Source: Gemmatimonadota bacterium (lineage in GTDB: Bacteria > Latescibacterota > UBA2968 > UBA8231). Taken from it: a DNA stretch of 39,458 nt. Below the pieces are notes generated by a model. That model saw only the letters and a program-made list of their open reading frames with translations, was not told the origin of the DNA and ran no database searches. The first letter of the stretch is position 1. Every line of letters begins with the position of its first letter. The translations under genes and the position numbers were made by a program. Shown here piece after piece: positions 26,353 to 36,106 of this stretch. Where the stretch lies: assembly GCA_038153405.1 (NCBI GenBank), contig JAYOYH010000045.1, positions 1 through 39,458 of the forward strand, read 5' to 3'.

Positions 26353-27603
26353 TCAGCGCGTGGGCTGCTGCGGTTTGCGCGCCATCCACAAAAAGCCCGA
26401 TCCCAGCGCGGCCAGTCCCGCCAAAATGACAAAGGCCTGCCTGTAGTTTCCCAGCGCATCGTGCAAAAAGCCGGCAAATAGCGGCCCCGTCGTCATGCCA
26501 ATCATGATGATAAGCGAGGCAAATCCCGAAATCGTCGCAAACGATGCGCGTCCGAAATAGTCGGCGCGGATGGCGTTGATTAGCGTGCCGCGCACCCCCC
26601 ATGCCGTGCCGTGCAGCGCGGCAAACAAGACGGTGTCGGAGCGCGAGTCGGCATAGGCGAACAGCACTAGGGCCACGGCGTGCATCCACATGCAGGCGAT
26701 CATGGTCCAGCGCTTGTCTATGCGATCGCCAATCCAGCCTCCAGCCAGCTGGCCGGCGATGGAAAAACCCAGCAACAGCGTGACGTTTGCCGCCGCCTGT
26801 TCGGCCGTCAGACCGATGTGCTCGATCATGTGCGGTATCTGGTGCACTAGCACCGTGCCGACGACGAAGAGCGCAGCGCCGTGTCCTGCCGATAGAAACC
26901 AGAACGCCGGCGTGCGCAGCGCTTGGCGCGTGCTGAACTGCACCTCGTCCTCGCCGTGCTCCAACGCCACCCCGTCAGCGCGTGCACTGTCGCCGTCGGG
27001 GCGCAGGCCATACTGTTCGGGACGGTGGCGCATAAACTGGGTGCAGGGCAGGCCGACCAGCCAGATGAGCAAGCCGGAGTAAAAGGCGGTTTCGCGCCAG
27101 CCGTAGTCGTCGAGACTCCAGACGATAATCGGCACCAGCAGACCGCCGACGCCCATGCCGGTCATCGTCGCTCCGAGCACGGTGGCGCGTTTGCGGACAA
27201 ACCAGTGCGTGATGGTCGTGGCAATGGGTATAAAGCCGCCGAGGCTTGAGCCGAGGGCAATCAGCGCAAAAGCCAGGTAGAATTGGGCGATGGAATCGAT
27301 GCGGCTAAAGGCGATATAGCCCATTCCAAACAGCACGATGCCGACGCGCATCATGAGGCGCGGGCCGTAGCGGTCGACGAGCCACCCCTGCAGGGGACCG
27401 AGTATGCCGCTCTCGGCGCGCACCATGGAAAAAACGCCGGATACCGCGGCGCGGCTCCAGCCAAATTCGGCTTGCAGTGGCAGGATGTAAGCGCTGAAGG
27501 CGTGAAAGAGCAGGCCGCCGTTGAGCACGTGGATGACATAGGCGGCCAGCGCGATATACCAGCCGAAAAAGAGGCGCGGGCGCGCGGCGGCAGTGGGTGG
27601 CAT
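26353..27603 (-). CDS. MFS transporter
   Basis: About 12 TM helices, GWLVDRYGPR and GWIGDRIDKR motifs, ADYFGR. Confidence 0.9.
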   Translation of the reverse strand: MPPTAAARPRLFFGWYIALAAYVIHVLNGGLLFHAFSAYILPLQAEFGWSRAAVSGVFSMVRAESGILGPLQGWLVDRYGPRLMMRVGIVLFGMGYIAFSRIDSIAQFYLAFALIALGSSLGGFIPIATTITHWFVRKRATVLGATMTGMGVGGLLVPIIVWSLDDYGWRETAFYSGLLIWLVGLPCTQFMRHRPEQYGLRPDGDSARADGVALEHGEDEVQFSTRQALRTPAFWFLSAGHGAALFVVGTVLVHQIPHMIEHIGLTAEQAAANVTLLLGFSIAGQLAGGWIGDRIDKRWTMIACMWMHAVALVLFAYADSRSDTVLFAALHGTAWGVRGTLINAIRADYFGRASFATISGFASLIIMIGMTTGPLFAGFLHDALGNYRQAFVILAGLAALGSGFLWMARKPQQPTR

Positions 27604-27612
27604 GAGCGCTAT

Positions 27613-27641
27613 AGGCTAAGTAGAGGCCTTTGGCGTGTCAA
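27613..27641 (-). promoter_or_regulatory. sigma70-type promoter for the MFS gene
   Basis: TTGACA (27641-27636), 17 bp spacer, TAGCCT (27618-27613), then 9 nt to the ATG. Confidence 0.6.
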
Positions 27642-27718
27642 AGCAGCAATTAGCAATTGTGCTGTGAACGCCGTCGCGCCATATTTGGTCGAACGATACG
27701 CGGTGATCACAGGTGATA

Positions 27719-28129
27719 ATGCCCAACCCCATTTCCGTACTGCTCATCGAAGACAATCCCATGCACATCTACCTGCTGCAGACTTTTTTGCAGCGGGCAG
27801 AGGGGCCGTGCTTTAGCGTATCGGTCGCCAACGACCTGGCCTCGGGTATAGCGCGCGCGCGCCAGGTCGCGTTTGACGTGCTGCTACTCGATCTCATCCT
27901 GCCCGATAGCCAGGACTTGGCTACGCTCGAACGCCTGCAGGCGGCTATTCCGGATATCCCCGTTATCGTCCTGACGGGACTAGATGACAACGATTGGGTG
28001 GAACGGGCCATTGCGGCTGGTGCACACAGCTATTTGGTTAAGACGGACGTCAACGCCGAGCGCCTGTCGCTGGCCGTCTGTGCGGCGGTGGACTCCGCGT
28101 TGGACAAGGGCCAGATTGGCGCGGGATAA
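27719..28129 (+). CDS. Single-domain response regulator
   Basis: VLLIEDNP, LLDLILPD, VLTG, YLVK. Confidence 0.88.
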   Translation: MPNPISVLLIEDNPMHIYLLQTFLQRAEGPCFSVSVANDLASGIARARQVAFDVLLLDLILPDSQDLATLERLQAAIPDIPVIVLTGLDDNDWVERAIAAGAHSYLVKTDVNAERLSLAVCAAVDSALDKGQIGAG

Positions 28130-28201
28130 CCGAGTCGCAGCCACCGGCCGGGGCGAGGTATGGGCCGATAGCACGAGCCGGTGGGATCATTTTTTCGCGC
28201 G

Positions 28202-28522
28202 ATGAAACGTCTGTACACTACGCAAGACCTGGCGCTGATAAGCCATTTAGAGAACGCTCTCAAGGCCTGTGGCATAGACTGCGAGCTGCGCGGTCAACAC
28301 CTTGCCATGGGCATGGGTGAGCTGCCGCCCATCGAATGCTGGCCCGAGCTCTGGGTGCTTCGCCCAGAGCAATATGCCGAGGCGGAAAACCTGCTCAGCA
28401 AGTTGCTCTACATAACGGGCCCAACCAGCCGCCCGTGGATTTGCACTGGATGCGGCGAAGAGATACAGGGCCAGTTCACCGACTGCTGGCAGTGCAGTGC
28501 TCCCCGTCCTACAGCGGACTAA
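28202..28522 (+). CDS. DUF2007-like putative signal-transducing protein with C-terminal zinc ribbon
   Basis: GELPPIECWPELWV; WICTGCGEEIQGQFTDCWQC. Confidence 0.8.
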   Translation: MKRLYTTQDLALISHLENALKACGIDCELRGQHLAMGMGELPPIECWPELWVLRPEQYAEAENLLSKLLYITGPTSRPWICTGCGEEIQGQFTDCWQCSAPRPTAD

Positions 28523-28610
28523 CCGCTGCAACTCTTTTCCCACTGCATGTTGCATTCGCCTAGCAGCGCGCGCTCGAAGCTAAACGAATCGCTATCGCAT
28601 ATGAGGTATT

Positions 28611-29642
28611 ATGCCACACCACTTGTTGGAACACGCCCAGCGCGTGCAGCGAAACCGCACGGGCATTGTCATACCGGTCTACTTTCCCGCTGGCGCAGAT
28701 GCTGGTCCGGGCGAAGAGCTGCTGCGCGATACGGCGCGCGCCTATACCGCGCTGGTAGACGATCCGCGCAGTGTATGTCTGAGCGTCGACGGAGCGGCCC
28801 ATGGGTGGGAAATTGCGCGGTCGATAGCCGAAGAGTGCGGTGCCAGCACGGCGTGCTCGGAGGAGAATAAGGGCAAGCTCAACGGCGTTCGAAACGGCGT
28901 CGCCGCGCTGTGGGAGCGAGAGGGTTTGGACTACTTTGTCCAGGTCGATTCCGACGGCGACCACTTTGCCAACGAGCTGCTCAATCTACTGCGCGCCGCT
29001 CTGCACGCGCGCGATGCCGAAGGGGGCGAGGTGCTGGTATTGGGTCGGCGCATGTCCAAGCATCGCCCCATGGGCTTTTTGCGCGGCGAGCTAGAAGAGC
29101 TGGCCGATCGCGTGCTGCTCGATGCGCTTTATTATCACGCCGCCCAAAGCGGCGCACCGCTGCGCTTGGAATATGCGACGGCACTCGAGGAATATCCGGA
29201 CTTTCACTCGGGCTTCAAGCTGTTCAGCCGCGCGACGGCAGGGACCGTATTTCTCGGCAAACCGCTGATGTGCGATGTGGGTGAAGACGCCTATTTCCGC
29301 CACGCCTGCGAAGCCGTTATGACGGTCGAGGCACTGCTGGCGGGTGCGCGGTTGGTGCTGGTCAATCGCAGCACCTTTAACGAGCAGCCGGTGACGGCGT
29401 TTGGCCTGCTCAATCGCGAGCGCATGGTTGCCGACAAGATTATCTGGCCCTGTCTGCGCTTGGAGGCACCGCCCGCTTTTGTCGAGCAGTGGCTGGCCAA
29501 CCACCTGCCGCGCCTGCTGCTCAATACGCTAGTGCCGCAGGGCAAGGATGAGCTACTCGGGATTCGTCGCCTCGTCCTCGAGGCGCTGGGCAGCGATCCC
29601 GGTCAAGACCAGGCCGTCAACTGGGGCCCGCTCTTCGTATAG
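28611..29642 (+). CDS. Glycosyltransferase family 2-like protein
   Basis: IVIPVY, VDG, NKGK..VRNG, DSDGDH, D..SGFKLF. Confidence 0.75.
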   Translation: MPHHLLEHAQRVQRNRTGIVIPVYFPAGADAGPGEELLRDTARAYTALVDDPRSVCLSVDGAAHGWEIARSIAEECGASTACSEENKGKLNGVRNGVAALWEREGLDYFVQVDSDGDHFANELLNLLRAALHARDAEGGEVLVLGRRMSKHRPMGFLRGELEELADRVLLDALYYHAAQSGAPLRLEYATALEEYPDFHSGFKLFSRATAGTVFLGKPLMCDVGEDAYFRHACEAVMTVEALLAGARLVLVNRSTFNEQPVTAFGLLNRERMVADKIIWPCLRLEAPPAFVEQWLANHLPRLLLNTLVPQGKDELLGIRRLVLEALGSDPGQDQAVNWGPLFV

Positions 29643-29647
29643 ATTGC

Positions 29648-30424
29648 TCATTCGACTTTCCAGGGTTTGTTCCACATCGCCTCTAGCTGGTAGCGCGGTT
29701 GCCAGCCGAGGATTTGTCGCGTCTTGTCGTTGCGAAAGCGGCGGTGCGGCAGATCGGCAAAGACGAAAAAGGTCTCGCAGCGCGAGGGCAGCTTGGCCGA
29801 TTCGACTTCGATGGCGCAGCGTATGGCCTCGCCGCCGTCGGGCCAGGCCACGGTGAAGGGCGTGAAGTCGCTGTGCGGACCAACGTCGCGGCGGGGTCCG
29901 GCATCGCGGCGCACGCGCAGCGTATCGGGATGGCGCATATTGTAAAACAGCATGGTCAGCACTTCAATTCCGTACTGATCGCTGAATACGCGGCAAATTT
30001 CCCCGCCGAGCGACTTGGACAGTGCGTAGAGGCGCGTGCCGGGCGCAGGGGGCATATCTGGATTCAGATCGTAATCCCAGTACTCGTACTGCGGGCCGAC
30101 CAGTTGGAAGTGCGGTCCCGTCGTTATAACGCGCGCGATGCCATGCTCGCGGGCGGCCAGCATCATGTTGTAGTTGCCGCGCGTGTTGACGTCAAAGGCG
30201 ATCTTGCGGTCCTGGCGCAGCACCGAGAGGTTGACGATCAGGTCCATACCTTCGGCGGCGTGCAGCACGCCGTCTAGATCGGATGCGTCGAGCTGGATAT
30301 AGTCGTGGCGAAAACCGGGCGGTGCCTCGTTTACGTCGGTGACGCGCAGCGCGTGGCGGTCTTCTAGTGCCTTGACCACCCACGGTCCCAGCGCGCCGTT
30401 GCCCCCTAGCAGTAGAATCTTCAC
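29648..30424 (-). CDS. NAD-dependent epimerase/dehydratase family protein (uronate dehydrogenase-like)
   Basis: GGNGALG Rossmann motif, YALSK catalytic motif. Confidence 0.85.
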   Translation of the reverse strand: MKILLLGGNGALGPWVVKALEDRHALRVTDVNEAPPGFRHDYIQLDASDLDGVLHAAEGMDLIVNLSVLRQDRKIAFDVNTRGNYNMMLAAREHGIARVITTGPHFQLVGPQYEYWDYDLNPDMPPAPGTRLYALSKSLGGEICRVFSDQYGIEVLTMLFYNMRHPDTLRVRRDAGPRRDVGPHSDFTPFTVAWPDGGEAIRCAIEVESAKLPSRCETFFVFADLPHRRFRNDKTRQILGWQPRYQLEAMWNKPWKVE

Positions 30425-31110
30425 GCGGCCACCTCCTCTCCCAGCAAGCCCATAGACGTCGCTCTCTGTGTGATAAAGCGCTGCTCGTCAACCGGCGATT
30501 GGATATGGACACACTGCCAGTAGTCGAGTTCGCAGCGCAGCGCGCGCGCCACCGAATGCGTTATATCGGCCGTAGAGACGGCGGCAGTTTGATCGCCGGC
30601 GTTGGCCGCGGCCGTATTGCCCGCTACAAAGGGAAAACCCAAGCGTAGGTTGAGCACGCGCAGCAGGCGGTCGCGTGCAAACTCTTTGGCCACGATTTCA
30701 CCCAAGTGACAGGCCAGCAGCTGCGGCTCGCTGGCAACGGGCAGCGGCCGCCAGTTTTCCGTGACGGTGAGATTCTCTTCGTAGCGCTCGTACAGGCGCA
30801 GCGTGCTGATATTGACCACGCGCTGCACGCCGGCGCTGGCCGCCGCATACAGCAGGTTGTAGGTGCGGCGCGTATGGTAGTCGACAAGCGCCGTCTCACC
30901 GCCGTCTTGTCCCTCATAGCCGACGTGCACGATGGCGTCGATGCCGGAGACGATGATATCTGTCGCTTCGTCGTGTTCCAGATTGCACGCGGTGATATTG
31001 CCGCTAGCCCGGCCGTGCAGATCGGTGCTGTGCACGGCGTATTCGCCCTGCAGAGCGGCCACTAGTAGTGCACCCGTAGGCGAAGCAGCTGAGGTTATTA
31101 GTACGTTCAC
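30421..31110 (-). CDS. Degenerate extended-SDR paralogue
   Basis: Same fold pattern (TYNLLYAA..GVQRVV.IST, LRLG) without GxxGxxG or YxxxK; GTGA overlap with the next gene. Confidence 0.75.
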   Translation of the reverse strand: MNVLITSAASPTGALLVAALQGEYAVHSTDLHGRASGNITACNLEHDEATDIIVSGIDAIVHVGYEGQDGGETALVDYHTRRTYNLLYAAASAGVQRVVNISTLRLYERYEENLTVTENWRPLPVASEPQLLACHLGEIVAKEFARDRLLRVLNLRLGFPFVAGNTAAANAGDQTAAVSTADITHSVARALRCELDYWQCVHIQSPVDEQRFITQRATSMGLLGEEVAA

Positions 31111-31215
31111 GTAGGTCTCCCCATCGGTAGGTGGATAGCTATGCGCGCAGGAGCGAAAGAGATGTGGTCGTTATTACGGGATGTGGCTACACGGTAGGTT
31201 GTAGGGTGCGCCTTG

Positions 31216-32262
31216 TCAATTCGGGTAGCGCGCCGCCAGGTGCTGCTGGCGCAGGCCGAGCAGCGTCAGCAGCACGAGACACGGCGCCGTAGTGGTGCGA
31301 GCGACATCGGCCAGCGCCGGTGCGCCGTTCAACGCGCCGACAATCCAAGCCAGCAGCGCCGCATAGAGTAGCAGTAACGCGGTCAGTGCCAGATAGCTAT
31401 TGAGGTGGAAGCGAGCTAGCAGCAGCGAGAAAGCAAATCCCACGAAAAAGGCGTGTACGATGGCTTGGTAGAGCGGACCGGCGAGGATCTCTCCCGTATA
31501 GAGCGCCAGGCCACCGGCCAAGGCAAGGAAAAAGCTGCCGCCCAGTGTGCACAGGCGCTGCCAGCCATCGCTGCTGTCGCGCACAAAAAGCCATGCTGCC
31601 GCTGCGCACATCACCAGTCCGAGCAGCCGATCGCCGCCCCATCGCATGCCGGGTGTAACGCTGTAGGGATCGATAAACTCGGATCCCAGCGCGTAGTTTT
31701 TCAGTAGGGCACCCAGCAGCGCGGGCACGATCAGCGCGTAGAACAGCAGTCGATCGCCCGCCGTAAGGACGGTTGTGCGGCCCTCTAGGTGCAGGCCCAT
31801 CAGGTAGAACAGTGCTGCCCCTAGCCACCAGCTCGTCACCACGTGCGAAGGCATGTCGGGGAAGAGCAGTGCGTTGCCAACCAGTAAGAAGGCGCTTCCT
31901 GCAATGCGGCAGGTCGAAACCTCGGGTGGGCGCCCGCGCGCGCCGACGATATTGAACACCAGTAGGAGCAGAGTGGCCAGCAGCAGCAGGACAAAGGGTC
32001 CGCGTGCAAAGGGCGCTGTAATCATCCAGATGCCGCTCAGCGCCAAGGCGAGCGGACACAGTGCGTACAGCGCCCCCCGTCGGTGCGCCCGCTCCAGTCC
32101 GGCCAGCGCCGTTAGCCAGATGCACAGCAACACCCCGTGGCGAAATGCCAGGCCGGCGCTGGGCAGAAAAGACGCATCCCAACCGGCGCGCGCTAGGCCC
32201 GCGGCTAGGCCGACGACCAACGGCGGGGCAAAGAGCAGAATAGCTATAATGCGGATAACCAT
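31216..32262 (-). CDS. Multi-pass membrane protein, possibly NnrS-like
   Basis: About 10-12 TM helices; GLARAGW, HGVL...LERA, HAFFVGF motifs with intramembrane His. Confidence 0.6.
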   Translation of the reverse strand: MVIRIIAILLFAPPLVVGLAAGLARAGWDASFLPSAGLAFRHGVLLCIWLTALAGLERAHRRGALYALCPLALALSGIWMITAPFARGPFVLLLLATLLLLVFNIVGARGRPPEVSTCRIAGSAFLLVGNALLFPDMPSHVVTSWWLGAALFYLMGLHLEGRTTVLTAGDRLLFYALIVPALLGALLKNYALGSEFIDPYSVTPGMRWGGDRLLGLVMCAAAAWLFVRDSSDGWQRLCTLGGSFFLALAGGLALYTGEILAGPLYQAIVHAFFVGFAFSLLLARFHLNSYLALTALLLLYAALLAWIVGALNGAPALADVARTTTAPCLVLLTLLGLRQQHLAARYPN

Positions 32263-32417
32263 AGAGCAAAGATAAGCAAAGCGCCCCCTGTGTGCGTTTA
32301 CAACAGCCGCATGAGCGCGATCTCTCCTGTTGCACAGGGCGACGGTCCGCCCTTTTTTAAGAGCAAATGACGCTGTAGCTCATGTATATGCGATGCAGTA
32401 AAGGGAGTGATCTAACT

Positions 32418-32870
32418 ATGTCGGAACACGCGGTGAAAATAGCTTGGCAGCGCACCACAGACGACTTTAAATACGAGACCTATACGCGCAACCATAGTTG
32501 GACTTTTGTCGAGAAAGGCGTAAGCGTCTCCGCATCGGCGGCGCCGGCCTTCTTGGGCGAGAGCGGGCACGTCGATCCAGAAGAAGCGCTGGTGGCCTCG
32601 CTATCGAGTTGCCACATGCTGACCTTTCTTGCCGTGGCGGCCAAAAAGCGCTTTGTCGTCGATCGATACGAGGACGATGCCGTGGGCCAGTTGGCAAAAG
32701 ACGAAAGCGGTAAATGGGCCATTACGCGCGTGGTGCTCAGACCGCAGATTGTCTTTGGCGGCGACGGGCAGCCCACGTCCGAGCAGCTCGAGCAGATGCA
32801 CCACCTGGCCCACCAAGAGTGCTTTATCGCCAATTCAGTGCGCACGGAAGTCGTCGTCGAGTCGCCCTGA
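32418..32870 (+). CDS. OsmC family peroxiredoxin-like protein
   Basis: DPEE.LVASLSSCHML and AHQECFIANSV; start at ATG 32418 after AAGGGAG. Confidence 0.9.
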   Translation: MSEHAVKIAWQRTTDDFKYETYTRNHSWTFVEKGVSVSASAAPAFLGESGHVDPEEALVASLSSCHMLTFLAVAAKKRFVVDRYEDDAVGQLAKDESGKWAITRVVLRPQIVFGGDGQPTSEQLEQMHHLAHQECFIANSVRTEVVVESP

Positions 32871-32928
32871 ACGATACGTGTGCACACCGTAACCCGCCCG
32901 CGTGGGCCGTTTCTACCGAGGAGATCTC

Positions 32929-34158
32929 GTGCGAGCTAGCGTCGTTTCCCGCGAAGTATTTGTCCCCTCCCCAGCGCGCGGCGTTGGCGTAACGGGCGGC
33001 AGCTACTACACCACCCGCGACGGATTGGAATTAATCGGCATACACAGTCTGACTAGCCGCAGCGACACGACGGACATGGCCTATGTGCGCCGCTCGCCCG
33101 ATAACGGCCAGACCTGGAGCGAGGCGCAGGCTTGGCCCATGCATTTTGAGGCCGAGGGAGGCACCGGCCGGCGCCACGTGCGCGGCGGCTACGTCGATCC
33201 GCCGACGGGGCGCTACATACAGGTGTGGACGGAGGGCGTGCTGCCGACGGACGAGCCGCTGGAGGGCATGCGCCAGTGGAAGCTGCACTACGCCGTTTCT
33301 GAAGACGGCGGTTATAAGCAAATCGTCGATGAGCAGATTATTTGCGCAGGAGAGGCATTCGACGCGCAGCACCCGCTGCCCGGCGTGCACATCGGCAAGA
33401 ACTGCGTGATGATCGGCGATCTGGGCGAGGTGCCGCTGACGCGCCGCGACGGAGCCATTCTCGTGCCGGTGCAAAGCAGCCCGGTCGACGAAAGTGGTGA
33501 GTACCACAATCCCGGTGCTGGCTTTACCTACACCGATTGCCTGCTGCTGATCGGGCACTGGCAGCCCGACGGCCGCTTGGCGTGGAGCTGCTCCGAGCGC
33601 GTGTGCGGCGATTCCGAGCGCACGACGCGCGGGCTGATCGAGCCGACGATCGCCGAGCTCGATGACGGCCGCCTGCTGATGATCATGCGCGGCAGCAACG
33701 ACGCGCGGCCCGAGTGGCCCGGCTACAAGTGGATGGCCCTGTCGGCCGATGGCGGCCAAACGTGGGATGCGCCGCGCCCGTGGACCTATACCGACGGCGA
33801 AGTGCCGTTCTCGCCGTCGGCCTGCTCGCAGCTGGTGCCTTGGTCGGACGGCCGCCTGCTGTGGATTGGCAATATCTGCGGCGAAAACCCTCGGGGCAAT
33901 CGCCCGCGTTACCCGCTGGTGTTGGTCGAAGTGGACCGCCAGAGCGGTCTGCTGCTGCGCGAGTCGCTGCAGCCGATCGATGCGCGAAACAGTGGGGAGC
34001 ACGAGATGCTGACGCTGTCCAATTTCTACGCGCGCCCCGATCGCCAGACCGGCGAGTTGCTGGTGTTTCTGCCGCGCTTTTTTGCCAAGACATTCGACGA
34101 GAGCGACCGCTGGACGACGGATTTGTCGCTGATTCGTGTCGCAATAGCGCCCCCATAG
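32929..34158 (+). CDS. Sialidase-like / BNR Asp-box beta-propeller protein
   Basis: Asp boxes SPDNGQTW, SEDGG, SADGGQTW; EPTIAELDDGRLLMIMR; GAGGAG RBS before GTG 32929. Confidence 0.8.
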   Translation: MRASVVSREVFVPSPARGVGVTGGSYYTTRDGLELIGIHSLTSRSDTTDMAYVRRSPDNGQTWSEAQAWPMHFEAEGGTGRRHVRGGYVDPPTGRYIQVWTEGVLPTDEPLEGMRQWKLHYAVSEDGGYKQIVDEQIICAGEAFDAQHPLPGVHIGKNCVMIGDLGEVPLTRRDGAILVPVQSSPVDESGEYHNPGAGFTYTDCLLLIGHWQPDGRLAWSCSERVCGDSERTTRGLIEPTIAELDDGRLLMIMRGSNDARPEWPGYKWMALSADGGQTWDAPRPWTYTDGEVPFSPSACSQLVPWSDGRLLWIGNICGENPRGNRPRYPLVLVEVDRQSGLLLRESLQPIDARNSGEHEMLTLSNFYARPDRQTGELLVFLPRFFAKTFDESDRWTTDLSLIRVAIAPP

Positions 34159-34177
34159 AGGGGAGCAGAGGTCTACC

Positions 34178-35056
34178 ATGCAGGATATACGCGTGGCATG
34201 CGTTAGCATGAATGGTTTTTTGGGTGAACCGGCGCGCTCGTTGGCGACGATCGAAACGTTCTGTCGTCGGGCCGCCGAGCAGGGCGTCGAGCTGATCCTC
34301 TTTCCCGAGTTGGTAATCCACGGGCACAACGCGCCGAATACGCAGGCACTAGCCGAAGCGGTGCCGGACGGACCCAGCTGTCGACGCTTGGCCGAACTGA
34401 GCAAGACATTTGGCCTGTTCCTGTCAGCGGGTCTTAGCGAGCGCGACGGCGATGCTGTTTATAACGCGCAGGTGCTTTTTGGCCCGGATGGGTTTATTGG
34501 CAAGCAGCGCAAGATCCATTTATCGCGCGACGAGAAAAACCACTACACCGGCGGCGATGCGATAGAAGCATTTGATATCGGCAAGTGCGTGGTTGGCACA
34601 ACGATCTGCTACGACAGCCAGTTTCCCGAGCTATCGCGCTTGCTGCTCGTCAAGGGCGTCGAAGTGCAGCTAATGCCGCACGCCATGCGCGAGTGCCACT
34701 GGCAGGACGGCGATCGCACCTCTGAGCGCCACGCGCGCCAGCATCTGCACAAGCTGCTGATGCGCTATACCATGCGCGCGTGGGAAAACTACGGCTTTGT
34801 GCTGGCCACCGATCAGGCTGGCAAGGCGGGCGTCGTCCAATCGCTGCCTCCAGACCACGTCAACCAGCCCTACCATCCCGGTGGTGCGATTATCATTGCA
34901 CCCAACGCCGAGGTGCTCTGCCACACGCAGGTCGAGGAAATACGCGACGAAATGATCGTGCAGGATCTGGTCGCTGCCGACCTGCACGCGATGCGCAGCC
35001 ACGAGAATTTTCAGCTCAAGACGCGGAATCGCTCGCTCTTTGGCGATCTACTTTAA
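34178..35056 (+). CDS. Nitrilase-related carbon-nitrogen hydrolase
   Basis: Catalytic triad motifs FPE, QRKIH, ICYD. Confidence 0.9.
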   Translation: MQDIRVACVSMNGFLGEPARSLATIETFCRRAAEQGVELILFPELVIHGHNAPNTQALAEAVPDGPSCRRLAELSKTFGLFLSAGLSERDGDAVYNAQVLFGPDGFIGKQRKIHLSRDEKNHYTGGDAIEAFDIGKCVVGTTICYDSQFPELSRLLLVKGVEVQLMPHAMRECHWQDGDRTSERHARQHLHKLLMRYTMRAWENYGFVLATDQAGKAGVVQSLPPDHVNQPYHPGGAIIIAPNAEVLCHTQVEEIRDEMIVQDLVAADLHAMRSHENFQLKTRNRSLFGDLL

Positions 35057-35073
35057 TCCGAACCAGCCAGAAC

Positions 35074-35112
35074 AAAAAAACGGGCGGCGCGCTCAGAGCG
35101 CCGCCCGTTTTC
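35074..35112. terminator. Bidirectional Rho-independent terminator
   Basis: A7-CGGGCGGCGC-loop-GCGCCGCCCG-TTTT between convergent genes. Confidence 0.9.
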
Positions 35113-35132
35113 TATGCATAGAGCGCGAACGT

Positions 35133-35945
35133 CTAGCCGATATCGTCCGGCACGTAGTGTCCGTTGGCCCGCTGCCAGGCGGCTGCTTCGGCCCAGCGGC
35201 GCTCCGGCATCGGATAGCAGTCGGTCAGGTGACCTCCTTCCATCAGGAAGTGACGTGCGGCCGGTTCCCACCAGTGCTTGTTACATCCGTCGAGCACGTC
35301 TTCGATTTTATCGCCCGGGAAATAGCACACGCCGTCGTCGTCGGCGCGGATCCAGTCGCCGGGCATTACGGTATGGCCGGCCACGGAAATGCGCACGTTG
35401 ACGGCTAGGGGCGCCAAGTCGTGCTGCGCGTCGTAGTCGGTGGTCGTGCGCGCGTCCTGCGTCCAGATGGGAAAGTTCTGCTGAGAAATTTCGCCGTAGT
35501 CGCGGACCACACCGTGCACGACGAGTCCGGCCGCTTTGCGGTTGTGCTGCAGGGCCAGCATCATATTGCCGCCCAGCACGCCGCTGCGCGTATTGCCGTC
35601 GGCCTGGACGACGAGCACGTAGCCCTCTTGGGTGATATTGACCGCAATGCGGTGGTTCTGGTCTTCGACCTTGGCGTACTCGCCGGTGGGCATTAGATCG
35701 GGGCGCTGTGGGGCGTACTGCAGCGTAATGGCCGGTCCCAGAATATCGTGGCCTTTGCCGCGGAAAAGGGGCGCGACGCCGTTAAAGAAGGTGCTCGGCG
35801 TGCCCACGACGTTGCGGGCTACCACGGCAACGGTGGCCGCCGAGTACTTAATTAACTCGGGCACTAGGTCCATATTGGGGCGGGGAAATTCCCACACATC
35901 TTCGCGCGCCATGCGGAAAATGGGGGGACGGGCTTCGCTGCTCAT
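35133..35945 (-). CDS. RraA family protein (HMG aldolase-like)
   Basis: GPAITLQY, GVLGGNM, GLVVHGVVRD, VMPGDWIRADDDGV. Confidence 0.85.
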   Translation of the reverse strand: MSSEARPPIFRMAREDVWEFPRPNMDLVPELIKYSAATVAVVARNVVGTPSTFFNGVAPLFRGKGHDILGPAITLQYAPQRPDLMPTGEYAKVEDQNHRIAVNITQEGYVLVVQADGNTRSGVLGGNMMLALQHNRKAAGLVVHGVVRDYGEISQQNFPIWTQDARTTTDYDAQHDLAPLAVNVRISVAGHTVMPGDWIRADDDGVCYFPGDKIEDVLDGCNKHWWEPAARHFLMEGGHLTDCYPMPERRWAEAAAWQRANGHYVPDDIG

Positions 35946-36106
35946 AGCGTCCGGCTTTCTCTAAAATTGACGGTGGTTTTTTTCGTGAACGGGTCGTGCT
36001 CGCTCGCTCGCGTCTCGTTAGGGGAAGTATAAAGCGCCTTTTTGCACGTGCGGTCAAGCGCGCGCAAAAAGCGGTTATCAATCTGATGTTCGCGCATTAG
36101 TTCACT

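Noticed and set aside
26280..26477. ORF-track N-terminal extension of the 25671 gene
   Set aside because: Overlaps the MFS gene; ATG 26279 has an RBS and yields a signal peptide
31397..32335. 312-aa alternative-frame ORF
   Set aside because: Arg/Pro-rich frame overlapping the coherent membrane-protein ORF on the same strand
33031..34404. 457-aa minus-strand ORF
   Set aside because: Antisense shadow of the sialidase-like and nitrilase genes; no recognisable motifs; expected in high-GC DNA
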